A stretch of 64,000 bases of DNA, from the NCBI RefSeq assembly GCF_964355755.1, contig NC_092676.1, positions 2,113,788-2,177,787 on the forward strand. Reading direction: 5' to 3'. The notes beneath the pieces are model-generated. The model worked only from the letters and a program-made list of their open reading frames with translations, did not search any database and was not told the origin of the DNA. The position numbers and the translations under genes are program-made. This stretch comes from Antedon mediterranea. Lineage: Eukaryota; Animalia; Echinodermata. Each line of letters starts with the position of its first letter. The stretch's first letter is position 1. Below are positions 23,555-43,856 of this stretch, piece by piece.

Positions 23555-24319
23555 CACGGTATGTCATGTCCGCATTTGATGCTGTTCAAGATTCCTGGAA
23601 TGGTGCCATTTTATTAAATTATGCTTTAATATTAATTTCAATCGAACAATTCTAATTATGTAATGTGTCTATTGGAATGTTTACTTTACTAAATTTGTAT
23701 AAATATTATTGGCATGGCATGGTAAGCATGGCTAAACGAACATAAAATTGATCATGTTTGATTTAAAATATATTAAAGGTGGCTAAATATTATACAGAAA
23801 TCAATATATTTTATTATATTTAGCTTTTAAAAGTGCAAAAGGTAATATTAATTATGCTATAAATTTGGCTTTCAAGAATGAAGACACATACAATGTACAC
23901 CTTTGTATATTGTAATAAAACTTAATTTCAATAAAATGAATAAAGTATTTGAGAGATTGTACTTCATTCTGTCGTTGATAAAGGGTATTGCTACATCAAT
24001 ATTAATGTACAGTATATTCACTATTTTTACACCACCAGTGAATGTATCTTTGTTCTTTTTTACAAACATTAAGCCAAATTATCAGGATACATTGTAGTGA
24101 GAATGCGTACATATAGCATACCACTCCAAGTCGATCTGTGCTGATGTGGTTTGCAGCAACAATCACTATTAGACTATATTCCTGGTGGTAGAACAAGCCT
24201 TTTAGGCTGGTATGCATTTAAAAGAACCCATGCATATTGGAAAGGTGTGCTGCTCTATTTCAGCCTTGTCGTCGCTTATCACTGCATTTTATAGAGCTAA
24301 CAACCCAACCAGTTGAACC

Positions 24320-25787
24320 AAAAGTGGCCTTATGTTCCATTTTGTATGACAAAAATGGCCTTATGTCCCATTTTGTATGACAAAAGTGGCCTTATGTCCC
24401 ATTTTGTATGAAAAAGTAGCCTTATGTCCCATTTGGTATGAAAAAGTGGCCTTATGTTCCATTTTGTATGACAAAAGTGGCCTTATGTTCCATTTTGTAT
24501 GAAAAAGTGGCCTTATGTCCCATTTTGTATGAAAAAGTGGCCTTATGTCCCATTTTATATGAAAAAGTGGCTTTATGTCCCATTCGGTATGAAAAAGTGG
24601 CCTTATGTCCCATTTTGTATGAAAAAGTGGCCTTATGTCCCATTTTGTTGTCCCATTTTGTGTGGAAAAAAGTGGCCTTATGTCCCATTTTGTATGACAA
24701 AAATGGCCTTATGTCCCATTTTGTATGAAAAAGTGGCCTTATGTCCCATTTGGTATGAAAAAGTGGCCTTATGTCCCATTTTGTATGAAAAAGTGGCCTT
24801 ATGTCCCATTTTGTCTGAAAAAGTGGCCTTATGTCCCATTTTGTATGACAAAAGTGGCTTTATGTCCCATTTTGTATGAAAAAGTGGCTTTATGTCCCAT
24901 TTTGTATGAAAAAGTGGCCTTATGTCCCATTTTGTATGACAAAAGTGGCCTTATGTCCCATTTTGTATGAAAAATGGCCTTATGTCCCATTTTGTATGAA
25001 AAAGTGGCCTTATGTCCCATTTGGTATGAAAAAGTGGCCTTATGTCCCATTTTGTCTGAAAAAGTGGCCTTATGTCCCATTTTGTCTGAAAAAGTGGCCT
25101 TATGTCCCATTTTGTATGAAAAAGTGGCCTTATGTCCCATTTTGTGTGGAAAAAAGTGGCCTTATTTTCCATTTTGTATGACAAAAGTGGCCTTATGTCC
25201 CATTTTGTATGAAAAAGTGGCCTTATGTCCCATTTTGTGTGGAAAAAAGTGGCCTTATGTCCCATTTTGTATGAAAAAGTGGCCTTATGTCCCATTTTGT
25301 CTGAAAAAGTGGCCTTATGTCCCATTTTGTATGAAAAAGTGGCCTTATGTCCCATTTTGTGTGGAAAAAAGTGGCCTTATTTTCCATTTTGTATGACAAA
25401 AGTGGCCTTATGTCCCATTTTGTATGAAAAAGTGGCCGTATGTCCCATTTTGTATGAAAAAGTGGCCTTATGTCCCATTGATATGAAAAAGTGGCCTTAT
25501 GTCCCATTTTGTATGAAAAAGTGGCCTTATGTCCCATTTTGTATGGAAAAAAGTGGCCTTATGTCACATTTTGTATGACAAAAGTGGCCTTATGTCCCAT
25601 TTTGTATGACAAAAGTGGCCTTATGTCCCATTTTGTATGAAAAAGTGGCCTTATGTCCCATTTTGTATGAAAAAGTGGCCTTATGTCCCATTTTGTATGA
25701 AAAAGTGGCCTTATGTCCCATTTTGTGTGGAAAAAAGTGGCCTTATGTCCCATTTTGTGTGGAAAAAAGTGGCCTTATGTCCCATTG
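24320..25787. repeat. 30-32 bp satellite array
   Basis: AAAAGTGGCCTTATGTCCCATTTTGTATGA, about 48 copies with no unique spacers. Confidence 0.97.
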
Positions 25788-26490
25788 GATGAAATGTCAG
25801 TGATATCATTGGATTGACATATCACCAATTCAAAAATCAATACATATTTATACTGTTCATAATGTGTTAACTTAAACTTAACTATAGTGGCGTAAAGAGG
25901 CCTCTGGTTTAGGAACCCCAAGTGGCCCTTCAACGCTGGAGGCCTCAAGCATTTTTAGCCTTCTCAAGCATTTTTCGACATATTTTAATGCCTGTAATTT
26001 CCTCTGGGCACTGCTCAGAGGCCCCCATAAGCTCCAGAGCCTGTGGGTTTTGCCAGTGAGCGCCAATGTCAATACACCGTACTGCAGATACTGTTCCACC
26101 AAATAAAAGAATATTACTTACTTTAATTTAATTTCTGTTAATTATGCAAATCATAATTCCACCACTTTTAATTTCTTTCTTTTATTTTTTTCTGATTTTA
26201 TAACAAAACTACAGCAGCAACACACTTCATCTTGACACTACAAACATGCCATTATGTACAAATCTTTTGCAACATTTAGTGCTGTGTTGGTGGGAGCCAT
26301 GTCCTCCGGTTCCCCACATATATTTGCACCAATGAGTGTGTCCATAATTAATATTTATATTCATAATAACTGAAAACTTGTATAGCGTCGGTGTCTCCAC
26401 CCATGTGGAGCTCATGGCGCTTCGGTGGTCTAGTGGGATGCAGGAGTGATATTATTTTGAGTATCAACATGCACTGCAGTGTCCGTAAGA

Positions 26491-26970
26491 GCTAACTGTA
26501 TACAGTCAATAGCCACCATGTGATCTGGTATGCACTAACTGTATACAGTCAATAGCCACCATATGTGATCTAGTATGCACTAACTGTATACAGTCAATAG
26601 CCACCATATATGATCTGGTATGCACTAACTGTATACAGTCAATAGCCACCATGTGATCTAGTATGCACTAACTGTATACAGTCAATAGCCACCATATATG
26701 ATCTGGTATGCACTAACTGTATACAGTCAATAGCCACCATATATGATCTAGTATGCACTAACTGTATACAGTCAATAGCTACCATATGTGATCTAGTATG
26801 CAATAACTGTATACAGTCAAAAGCCACCATATATGATCTAGTATGCACTAACTGTATACCGTCAATAGCCACCATATGTGATCTAGTATGCACTAACTGT
26901 CAAAAGCCACCATATATGATCTGGTATGCACTAACTGTATACAGTCAATAGCCACCATGTGATCTAGTAT
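26491..26970. repeat. 43-45 bp minisatellite
   Basis: CTAACTGTATACAGTCAATAGCCACCATATGTGATCTAGTATGCA, about 11 copies. Confidence 0.95.
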
Positions 26971-27501
26971 CATGGTTACAAGTACCAATACTGGTGATAC
27001 CTAGCACTGGTTGTTACAAAATTATCAATAAAGATCATTTACTCCAATTCACAGTACTGTATTGCCAAATGAGCGCTGTTTGGTGGCTGGTTAAAATTGC
27101 GAAGGAAGATGACTGTTGTTGTTGGAATCGATCATACCTGTGCACAATTCAGCCCAGTAAGCTACAAATGAACGGTTGTTCTCCCATATTTTAATAATCA
27201 CAATGAAGATGTATTGTCCCCCCCAAAAAAAATAAATGGATAAATTCAACCAAAAACCCATTGGCTGGCAGCCAATTTGACTATTTTTTTGCTTTAAATT
27301 ACAGTTTTTCAGGTAAATCATTTTTATTCATCGATCCAATTTTTTTTATTTAAGTGGATAACGATTGTGACATTAAAATGGCATAGTCAGCAACAAAAAT
27401 TGTAAACATTTTTTTTCTGGGACAATACATCTTTAATGTACATTATACACAGTCATCAATTCCTGATTTTTTTTTTTCATTTTCTTTCTTCCCATCCTTT
27501 T

Positions 27502-30500
27502 TCATTCATCACCATTATCTATTTTTGCCTTTTTATTGTCATCTGCACTGCCTTCAACTGCTCCTCTCTTCAGTCCTTTCATCTTCCTTGTCTGTAGATT
27601 TCCCATGTCTTGTTTCTGCATGTGTATCCTGCCATGAGTTGTGCCGAATACATCTACGTTAATGTTCTTCTTTTTCTTTGCCTTAAAATCAAAATAAAAT
27701 TATAATATTAACCATTACACCGATCATATTTTATCCTAATCTATTGTATGATATGCATATCATTATTCTATAAGCATAAGCACTTTTATTGAACATATTT
27801 TAAACCATTTTGATATCGATCATTCTGGAATTTTCCTCTTGAATATTGACCATGGGCTTGATTTCAATGATGTGAATTGAAGACTTTGAACTAGAGTAGA
27901 ACACGTCTTTGGGACACCTCTAATCTGGGGACACCTCTAGTAAGGGGTCATCTCTAATCTGGGAACACCCCTAATCAGGGGAAACCCTTAGTAAGGGACA
28001 TCTCTAATCAGAGAACATCTCTAATCAGGGGACACCTCTAATCAGGGGACACCTCTAGTAAGGGGACATCTCTAATCAGAGGACATCTCTAATCAGGGGA
28101 CACCTCTAGTAAGGAGACATCTCTAATCTGGGGACACCCCTAATAAGGGGACACCCCTAGTAAGGGACGTATCTAATCAGAGGACATCTCTAATCAGGGG
28201 ACACCCCTAGTAGGGGGACATCTCTAATCAGGGGACATCCCTAGTAAGCGGACATCTCTAATCAGAGGACATCTCTAATCAGGGGACACCCCTAGTAAGG
28301 GACATCTCTAATCTGGGGACACCCCTAATCAAGGGAAACCCTTAGTAAGGAGACACCTCTAATCAGACAATGGGCAATACATGTTTCAACACTACAGTCA
28401 ACCACTATTCAGGGGACACCTATTAAGGGGACACTATTTTGGGGTTATTAATATGATAGTGATACATCATTATGTCCATATATGGGCACATCACATTTTT
28501 TGTAACAATTTGATAGTGTAGACAAGGCTTTAATTTTAACATACCTTTAATGCCTTTGGTTGTTTTGAAGCCCTTTTGAATAAATCGTCGGATGCAAGCT
28601 TTGTCCTTCTAAATATCAAGTCTAGAGACGGCCCAATCTCTTCCAATTCTACTCTTGGTGTCTTGCAGCCAGACTTTTTTAGGATTGTTCTAAAGGGAAA
28701 AAACATCAAAAGTGAGGTATTGAAATACAACTCTCCCAATACCAGACACCTTTGAGCTGGCCGAATATATATGGTTTTCTGGAAAGTCTGGTATTCAGAA
28801 TGCGTTTTTTATGGTAAAAACAAATTTGGGACCACTTGGGCCTCAAGATTTGATGTCGCAGCATCTTAACCATTGTGAATCTATACTTGCAAGTGTAGAT
28901 TCACAATGGTCAAAAGAGAAATCTATTTAATATTACCTGTAACCACGCATTGAAATCTTGTTAGCAATAGCAGTGAAACTGATCACATGTTCAAGGCCTG
29001 CCAATCGTATATTTGAAATCGTTTCCCCATGGAAAAAATCTGAAAAAAATGTTCAATATTAATTTAAATGTAGTTTAATAGCACTCAATAGCACTTTATA
29101 CTGAGATTATTTATTATAATTAATTTATATTAATAATTTTTATAAATAATTAATAGACCGATTTGGTGATGCATGTTGAGTACTTGTCACATTAGAGTAC
29201 TTGGGTGTCAGATTGTCAAAACAATAATATTTGCATAGAATTTTCAGACATTTTTTTTTTAAAGCGGGCAGGAGCAGGAACAATTTTTATGGAAACGTGT
29301 ACGTGCATGACACCCAGTGCCAAATATGTCTATATGTCTAATATGAATATGAGATCAAGATGAGAGGGTACCTATAAATAAACTCTTGAGTCTCTTGTGC
29401 TCTGCATCATTTTCAAACAATTCACCAGCAAACACCAAACAAGGCTTGGCACCTTCAGTCACCTTTAAATTCTAAACAAGAAACATGAAAAATAAATTAA
29501 AAAAATAAAGTTAATCACTTCCGTAAAAAAAATTATGTTTTTACTTATAAAATGACCAAAAAAACGGTTAAATTCAACCAAAAACTAGTCAAATACATTT
29601 TTTAGCCAATTTTTGTTCAAGGTGGATAACTATTAAGTAACATTAAAATGGCGTATTAAAGATTTTTTTATTTTTCAGGGGGAGTTGAGTTCAAATTTCG
29701 TTGCATGTTTTCTTAATATACTTAGTATAAAGTTCAAAATTACGTCAGAGTAGAGCAAAGATCTAACCAATTAAGTCTACATGTATCATTTTAAACAAAC
29801 CTTAAACATCTTTAGTGAGTGAAAACTTTGGATTTCAAACTCAATCATATCCAATATGTGATTATTAAACGTCCGACCTGCAATTAAAAATTATTTTAAT
29901 TTAAATATAAAAAATATAATTAAATATTAATATATACTGTATTAAATAAATGGGCGGCTTCTTCACATTCTCACAGATTTCCTTATCTTATCGTTTCAAA
30001 TTAATTAATACATTTTCAGTATATCCCCGGGCGGTTTAGAATTTGTTCTGTGCCTGTGGTGTTTATATTAAATAATAAATATATATAAGTTTAATTTAAT
30101 TACTAATAAAATCATGATGATGAAATAATTATAATTATATATACCAAAAACTAGATTGTTGGGTCTTTTCTTTGAATGAGAACCAAACAAGAATAGTGAA
30201 GCATCGTTCATGTTAGAAAAGAATTCCTGCAAAAAAAACACACAATTTCAACTCATGATAGAAAATGAACTCTTTAAATTTCAAAATAATCATGTACACT
30301 TTTACAAAGTATGATTTAATTTTTATCCATGTCAAGTTTTAATATATCAAATTTAATATTCCCTTACCAGTGAAGTCTGATCATCAAATGGTCTCATAAT
30401 ATTTTTTCTGAAAATAAATATTATTCCAATTAAAACAAATATAAATATGCAAGCTAAAATAATAATAAGAGCTGTAAGAGTTAATATTTCATAAAATAAA

Positions 30501-31245
30501 CATATAAAATGTTGAAGAATACAAAATACATATATATACAAATATATTTTTTATTTTGTTTTATCTCAGCCCGTTAGTGGAGGTTTTTTTCTCTGTTGGC
30601 TGTGAATAAAAATATTGTTCTCTGAAAAATTGTGCGAAATCATTATTTTTGCTGGTTTTCATTTTTTTTCGGAACGTAAATAAATCTATTGGGCTATTCA
30701 AAGTTTGATCAAATTGGGGGAGAAAATAAATGAAATAAATAATAATAAATGTTTATAATAAGTAACCTTTTAAACATAACAGCATGTGGTTTCTTCAACA
30801 TGCATAACTCTTTGAGAACTTGAGTAACTTGTTCACTGGTTCGACCACCACGAACAAACATGGCGGTTTTTGTATTCTCTATCAACTTGGGTGCTCGTTG
30901 TTCGAGAGCTCTTTTTGTTTGTTGATTTTTTGGTTTTCTGGAGAAAAAAAACCATATTTTCATATTATTTTTTAAATAAAATATAAAATAGATATCTAGA
31001 CCTATAAGTTTGTCTACCTCCAACCAACAACATTTTTCAGCCTGTGCGATTCTCATATTATGCTACAATGACCCTAGGCCTACAACAATATACACTACTG
31101 ACACAATCGTGCACTGAGACGACAACTTGCTTGCTGTCCTGTCTGCGAGTTATAGAACAACAAGTCAAATAATAGGCCTAGCATAGGACTTTTATTAACA
31201 AAAATATAATATAGAGCCTTACATTACACGTTGCTTGACTGACAT
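27502..31245 (-). CDS. RPF2: Ribosome production factor 2 (Brix domain)
   Basis: MSVKQRVI|KPKN..TKRALEQRAPKLIENTK, KNIMRPFDD, SLFLFGSHSKKRPNNL, LRLAGLEHV, KKSGCKTPRVELEEIGPSLD, GRIHMQKQD..LQTRKMKGLK. Confidence 0.94.
27910..28435. repeat. 17-18 bp minisatellite in the RPF2 last intron, probably MITE-derived
   Basis: GGACACCTCTAATCAGG variants; adjacent TACAGTCAACC...GGGGACAC looks like a Tc1-MITE end. Confidence 0.85.
29963..30067 (+). repeat. Dispersed repeat of about 105 bp
   Basis: CATTCTCACAGATTTCCT..ATCGTTTCAAATTAATT..CAGTATATC.CCGGGC also at about 36645-36753. Confidence 0.7.
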
Positions 31246-34200
31246 GGTGATAGACTAACAGTTTCTAAGCAAGTTCAGCAAATAAATTACAGAAATTAGG
31301 CTTATATTAATATTATTTATTTAGTTTATATTTTGTCAAAATCACAGATATGACCATGTGTCCGTCTTCCATGCTCCCAAAATAAACAGAGTACTCCCTC
31401 AACGGTCAACAAGTTTTGGATTATTCCATGCACAACAGCAGGCAGAGGAGTAATTATATTTAAATATCGTTATGGCTAAAGATACGGTACCGTATCTATA
31501 CTTCTAAAAACTAAAGGTACGGTAATTATAGAGTGGCTATTAATCAAATAGGTTATTGCATTGCAACGGCGAAATATAAAACACAGCATTGACATCAAGA
31601 CTAAGACAATAAGATGTTGATAACAGTTTTAAACTTTATGTCATTTGTTGCTCAAAATGGCAGCCATTAAAAAAATGTCAGTTTTCATCATAGAAACATT
31701 TGAATTATATTGAAAATAATTAGACATAATAAAGTTTGCAAATCTCAGCCTGGGCTAAATAAGTAGACATCAAGCCAACAACTTAGTTTAGGTAAGCGCC
31801 GATCGATAAATCCTGAGTTTACATTAAATAAACTAACTTTACTGGGCCTAGCCTAGTTAGATTTCAACAAAAACATGCATAGAATTTATTTTTTTAAATA
31901 TTTAAACAATGTAATAAGTTAAAATTCTAAATGTTACTTACCGTAGGCCCTACTACTCGTCGTTCCATGTTTTCAGGTAAGGCAAATAGGTAATCAAAAA
32001 GCAAATCAAATAGTCGAAAGCAATATAATATAAATCAAGTCGGAATGGCAGTCAAAATAAGAATAAGGCGAAAACTAAGATTTTCGCTGCAACTCGAAAA
32101 TTGTTACGTAACTAAAATAACTTTTTTTTAAATGATGAACATAACTGAATAAACAATACAGACAATTTTAATTTTAAATAAAAATACTTTTAAATTAAAT
32201 AATATCTGAAATGGAATTAGGCCATAAAGTATAGTTATTAATTATTTTTCATCTTTATTTTTTTAATTTTGTTAAAACTGTTGCTATATTTGAAAATTAA
32301 GTTTCCATGATTGGTTTTTCGTCGTCACATGACTTTTCACGTGTTCAATTAAAAGTAAAATAAGTATCTACTATAAGTGTTTATTTTAATGACCTGTTGT
32401 ACGACAGTTCAGTTAGCGCACAGTGTAACGCTGTGGTAGGATTTGTGGGTTGATGTTAGATCTCGGTATTGGAGTGTAGCAACTTCTAACCCTTGTTATG
32501 ATTGATGGAAACACGAAATTACTTTTTTTTATATAATTCTACCAAATTTGTTCATGCGTACGTCCTTCATCTTTCTATTATTATTCTATTATTAATGTTT
32601 TATGAGGATGGTCCATCCAACCGAAGTTGATCATTAGGGACCACCAGAATAACACAACATTTATAATAGAAATCGTCAGAAGTTGATTAAAATGAATTAA
32701 TATGCTACCTGGGTGGTTTTTGAGTAAATATTTGAAGGAAGAGTAAGTTGAAGCATGTCTGGATCTAAAGAAAGAGAACAAGTAAAGAAAGCTGGAGCAT
32801 TGAAGCTAAAATATTGTTTTAAAGTTTCAACTGAGACAAGTTGTTCTAAGTAGGCCTGGTACGGTCCGAGGATGATGTGGAGATCACCATAGTAATTTTT
32901 ATACGCGCATAATTTAAGAGGATTGATTTCACATTTGGATGCGTCGTACGCAATGATGTAGGCATGCACGACGAAATCAATCAATCACAAACAACAGTTC
33001 TTATGATCCATCGTGCCGTGATTGGTCAAATAAATCGTGCGCTCACGTCCTTGCATTTCGCAAGTTGAAACCTAGTAGAATTGATCTTGGTGTTTGTTTT
33101 AAATTTGTAGATTCACAATTACGAAACAACGTTTATAATTACGTTTATTGTCCACCACAATGTCCACTCAATTACAGCCTGATCTATTTCCACAATCACA
33201 ATGAGTTCTTTGCCGTTTTCCACAATCGCAATTAGTTCTTTACCGTTTATCACAATCACAACAATCCCAACAATCCTCCTCCAAGAACAACATGGTTGCT
33301 ACTTGCTAGTTTTAATTCCAGCTCCATAATGCCTCTCCTTGTCCTTTCACAACTCCACGATTTGCATAATAATGCAGCAGTACTAATTTGCATAATACAG
33401 TACGACACTTGTACGCAACGCAACTTCACGTGACAATATGATTATTCGGCCTATGAGCATTGAATCATTTCGAAAATTATTGAACAGTTTAATTTTTAAA
33501 TTAGAAATACTAATGGTGAGTTTGAGTGACTATAACTAGAGAGAGATTAAGCGCATCAACCCCAGCAGCTGAAAATTATAAAACACAAAGATAAAGAAGA
33601 GAATATTATTATTATTATTTTTCAATTGATTGATTCATTTATTTATTTAAATTATTGATAGTGTTAATTTACTTATTCGGAAACGTTTTTTTCCATATTT
33701 ATTATCGTTCCATTCTTCCCTCGGTGATTATTCCTCTATTAAAACTCCCGCCTTTTTTTCGCGCGAAACTAAAAGTTTTTTAACGTATGGGGGCGCTATC
33801 CAACTAAATCGAACAAAAATCGCGAAGTGGATTTCGGTTTGCTTTCGCACTCAATAGCACAAAACAATAACACACCACCAGAGTGATCATTAAATGCAAG
33901 AACAAATTTGTCTATGATAACGAATGACAAAAGAGAGCAATAGAGAGATTGAAAACATTTGGAACAACTGTTGTTTTCACAGCTTAAAATCCACCAAAAA
34001 ACACCACAGTGTATAAGCATAGGCGTTTGTCACCACCGTTTTTCCGCGGCGGTACCTATGTATATACACTGATTTTTTCGTTAGATTTTAAGTGGTCCGT
34101 TATTGTTAAGGAATTACAAATCTTTAAGTAACTTGTCCTCCAAAAATAATATGCTCGCCATACTATGTTATTTCAGTTGGTTACGCTTCCCTGCACAGCT

Positions 34201-35456
34201 AATTATATGCGACATAATATCTATTTAAATCAAGTTTTCTTTAGTCTGTATACATCCACCCTCATGAGGGCGGGCATTCACGCTCTGTTACAAATTCCAA
34301 ATGCAATAATCGTCGATTGCTCATTCTTCTGATATATATTCTTTGGTTGGGTTGAGATCAGCCTTCTCTAAAGCAGATATAGGGAGACAATGATGACATA
34401 TTTCCATTCATTGCACAATATACTGAAACATGTATTTGTTAGCAATACCACTATTTTACCACAAAGATTTTACATTAGGCTTGCATAAATATACTACAGT
34501 GTATGTTTATACCAGAGAGGTATACTCCCAGTTTATACCGTACCGTATTATCTAAATTATTGAATAAGAAGTGTAGCTACCACTAAATAAGTAAACAAAC
34601 ATTTTTTTAATTATCTTACCATTCTGATTCATAATTTAATAATTATATATAAATTGATAAACTACAAGCATTGAAATTAGCCTATGAGAAGGAAGTATGG
34701 AAATGCATCATACAATCTGGAAGCATTAACATATGTTACACATGGCAGAGGTAATATTAAGAACCAATTTTGTCTTCAAGTATCATTTAATAGCTTTACT
34801 ATATTCTAGGCAATTTTGGAATGCCTAATGGAAGTCTGGAGAAAATCCCTGGGAGACTTGGTCGCCTAATTGGAATACTTATAAAGTAGTTATGGAATTT
34901 GTGCTATGAGTTCAAATAATGTATAGTTAAATAATAGGTAAATAATCTACTTAATATTAAATGGTTTTAACAGTGGAAGATACATGCTATTGGAACAGAA
35001 CTTTTTCCTCACCAAGAAAACCAATTCCTAGACAAATTTCATCCTTTTTTTAATTGAGGTCACAGTTTGCATTCCCTGTGGATCATTGTTATACACATTT
35101 TTCTTTACAAAATTAGATATTATGATATATAAAGCATTTTTTTAAACTTATCACATGTTGTATCCCAACTCAAATACAACAAATCACATTGTAATTAAAA
35201 GAAAACATTGTCTCTATCAAAATTTTTTTTTTCTTTTCAACTCTCCACTGGCCTTGTATGTATTCTACGCACAACAATCGGTACTAAACCTCAAAATTAT
35301 AAAATTATTCAGTCAATATCATTTTTTAACAAATATTACAGCACCATTTGATGAAAATCGGATGTACTAATTTTATATAATAATGTACCATGTTTCTTAA
35401 TATTGCTGTGTTGCGCACATTCATGACATTCTCTTGTCTTAACCAATCTCCACTTA

Positions 35457-35588
35457 AGCTCTGTCTACACTATCAAACTTTATGTTACAAAAAAGTGTGA
35501 TGTGACCAAATATGGTAATGATACGAGATCATCATGTCCATATATGGACACATCAAATCACATAAAGTTTGATAGTGTAGACAGAGCT
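35457..35588. mobile_element. PIF/Harbinger (Tourist)-like MITE, high-copy family
   Basis: TIR AGCTCTGTCTACACTATCAAACT with TTA flanks; other copies at about 8706-8832, 19155-19265, 28450-28531, 37147-37303, 47612-47740, 63449-63539, 63797-63893. Confidence 0.85.
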
Positions 35589-36275
35589 TTACACATTTTG
35601 TTTTCTGTGCTGATCTTAAATTCTTATTGGTGTATACCAAATAAAAATAACAAAATTAAAATACAAAACTTGAATTATATATAGAATTATTTTACCTTAC
35701 ATGTTTTTCTTCGGTTATTATGGAACATACTTAATAAATTAAATTTTTCATAAATAAATGATGTAACAAGTACATGTTATATTCTAAAATGATAATTGTT
35801 TCTTGTCAACTTTCAGAAATCTGAAAGCAGAATTTTCATATGGTATAAAAGAACTTGGAACTTTCCAGAAAATTATCAAATATGGCCAAACAAATACGTT
35901 ATTAAAAAATGTAATCTTATGTCTGAAAATATAAATATTTAGACTTTTAGTATCCTTGGAAGATTCATCTTAAAACTATATGAAATATAGGATTGAGTGC
36001 TATAGTATATAATACAGTGCATTAATCCAAAACAGACCTTAAATATCAGAAAATCTACCAAAACACAACATTTCTCAAGGTCTCAATGGTGACCAAAATC
36101 AGACATTTCAAGTCCATGAGTCTCTGTTTATGGAAGGTTGACTGTACTATTGTTTCGCTTTGAGTGCAATAGTATGTACTATAGTTTCGCTTTGAGTGCA
36201 ATAGTATATTCCATTATCGTTCAGTGCAATAGCATATACCATATTATATCATTCAATGTAATAGAATACACCATT

Positions 36276-42522
<6,247 letters not shown>

Positions 42523-42951
42523 GTTACACAGACGGCTGCAGTGCTATACCTGAAAATAAATTATACAAAAATATACATGTTACAATTATTACTAATACAA
42601 TTACTAAAAGAAGTAAAATGCAAAACCTTGGAGAAGTCATCTGTGCCGATAGTCATTAATATAATATTTTGTGTGGCTATTTGGTACATTCAACAGTTCA
42701 TAAAATTCATGGTTTTCTATCAATGCTTCTTAAATTATATTGGCATAGGTAACTAGGAGGCGCACAGTCTACCATGGCGATAAAACACTTTTGATGCACG
42801 GTCAACCATTTTTATAGAAATAATAAATTTACAAATAAATTGCAAAACAATAATTGGGCAAAAAATCCTTTCAAAGTTTCACAATTTGGATTGTAATGTA
42901 AGAAAATTCGGAAAATTGCGCAATTAATTACAAATTAGGCCTAGGCAATTT

Positions 42952-43856
42952 GGCGCTAGTTCCGTTTCGCACCTGTTTTTATTTCGACTTCCTTTTGACT
43001 CCAAATTGTTAAGCAACTTATTGTGAATACCACACCTTAAAATTGGGCCTCATAAGTACTTTTATGAAGAAGCATCACATAAAAAGTAACAAATAAATCC
43101 TTAAATTGATGATTTTACAGACATGATTCTGTTCGCGAATTTAGCATACTCGAAGTTCAATATTTTCGTTTCTATGGAGCGCCAAAACAGCAACAACAAT
43201 AGATGGTTAAAAACTCAGTGGAATGCGTCTTCTTTTAATGCATTTATTATTGAAATACACGTTTAATTTTAATATATTTTGTCAATAAAAATGCTGTAAC
43301 ATTTTACTGCTAATAATTTGCTGTTTTCAAATAGCAACCAACCCTAGGCCTAACTAAGAGCAAGACTAGGCTATAGACTAAGAGGAATATTATTTAGATC
43401 AGGTATACCCCCTACAGCAGTACATGTAATATGATGATGCATTTGTCGATTTTCATTCCTAAAATAAAAGTTCCTGCAAAAAGCATGTACAGTATCAACA
43501 GTAATATTTTTGTTGCATTGACATTGACAAAGTATGATAAAATTGAACGTAATTTTCACCAATAAATGCATTAAATATACGCAATTTACTGAGTTTTTAG
43601 CCCTCTATTATGATTGCTCTTTTGGCGCTCCATAGAAACAACAACATTGAACATGGAGTATGCGAAATTCACAAACCGATGTGCGAGAAACACGTCTGTA
43701 AATTCATCAATTTAAAGGATTTATTTTTTATTTTTTGTGTGATCTCCTTCGTAAAAGTATTTTTGAGGCCTAATTCTAAGGTGTGGTACTCACGATAAAG
43801 TTTCTTAACCAATTTTGAGTCGAAATAAACGACAGGTGCGAAACGGAACTAGCGCC
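42952..43856. mobile_element. Merlin-like non-autonomous element with about 300-bp imperfect TIRs
   Basis: GGCGCTAGTTCCGTTTCGCACCTG inverted at both ends; exact 8-bp TSD GGCAATTT; inverted similarity continues inward (42952-43250 vs 43560-43856). Confidence 0.85.

Noticed and set aside
24320-25787. CRISPR-like array of about 30-bp repeats and many repetitive ORFs
   Set aside because: Repeats are head-to-tail with no unique spacers, no cas genes are present and the context is eukaryotic; the ORFs are satellite translations
32400-33450. Possible decayed transposase in the RPF2-CTPS intergenic region
   Set aside because: No motif or TIR pair could be identified by eye; needs BLASTx
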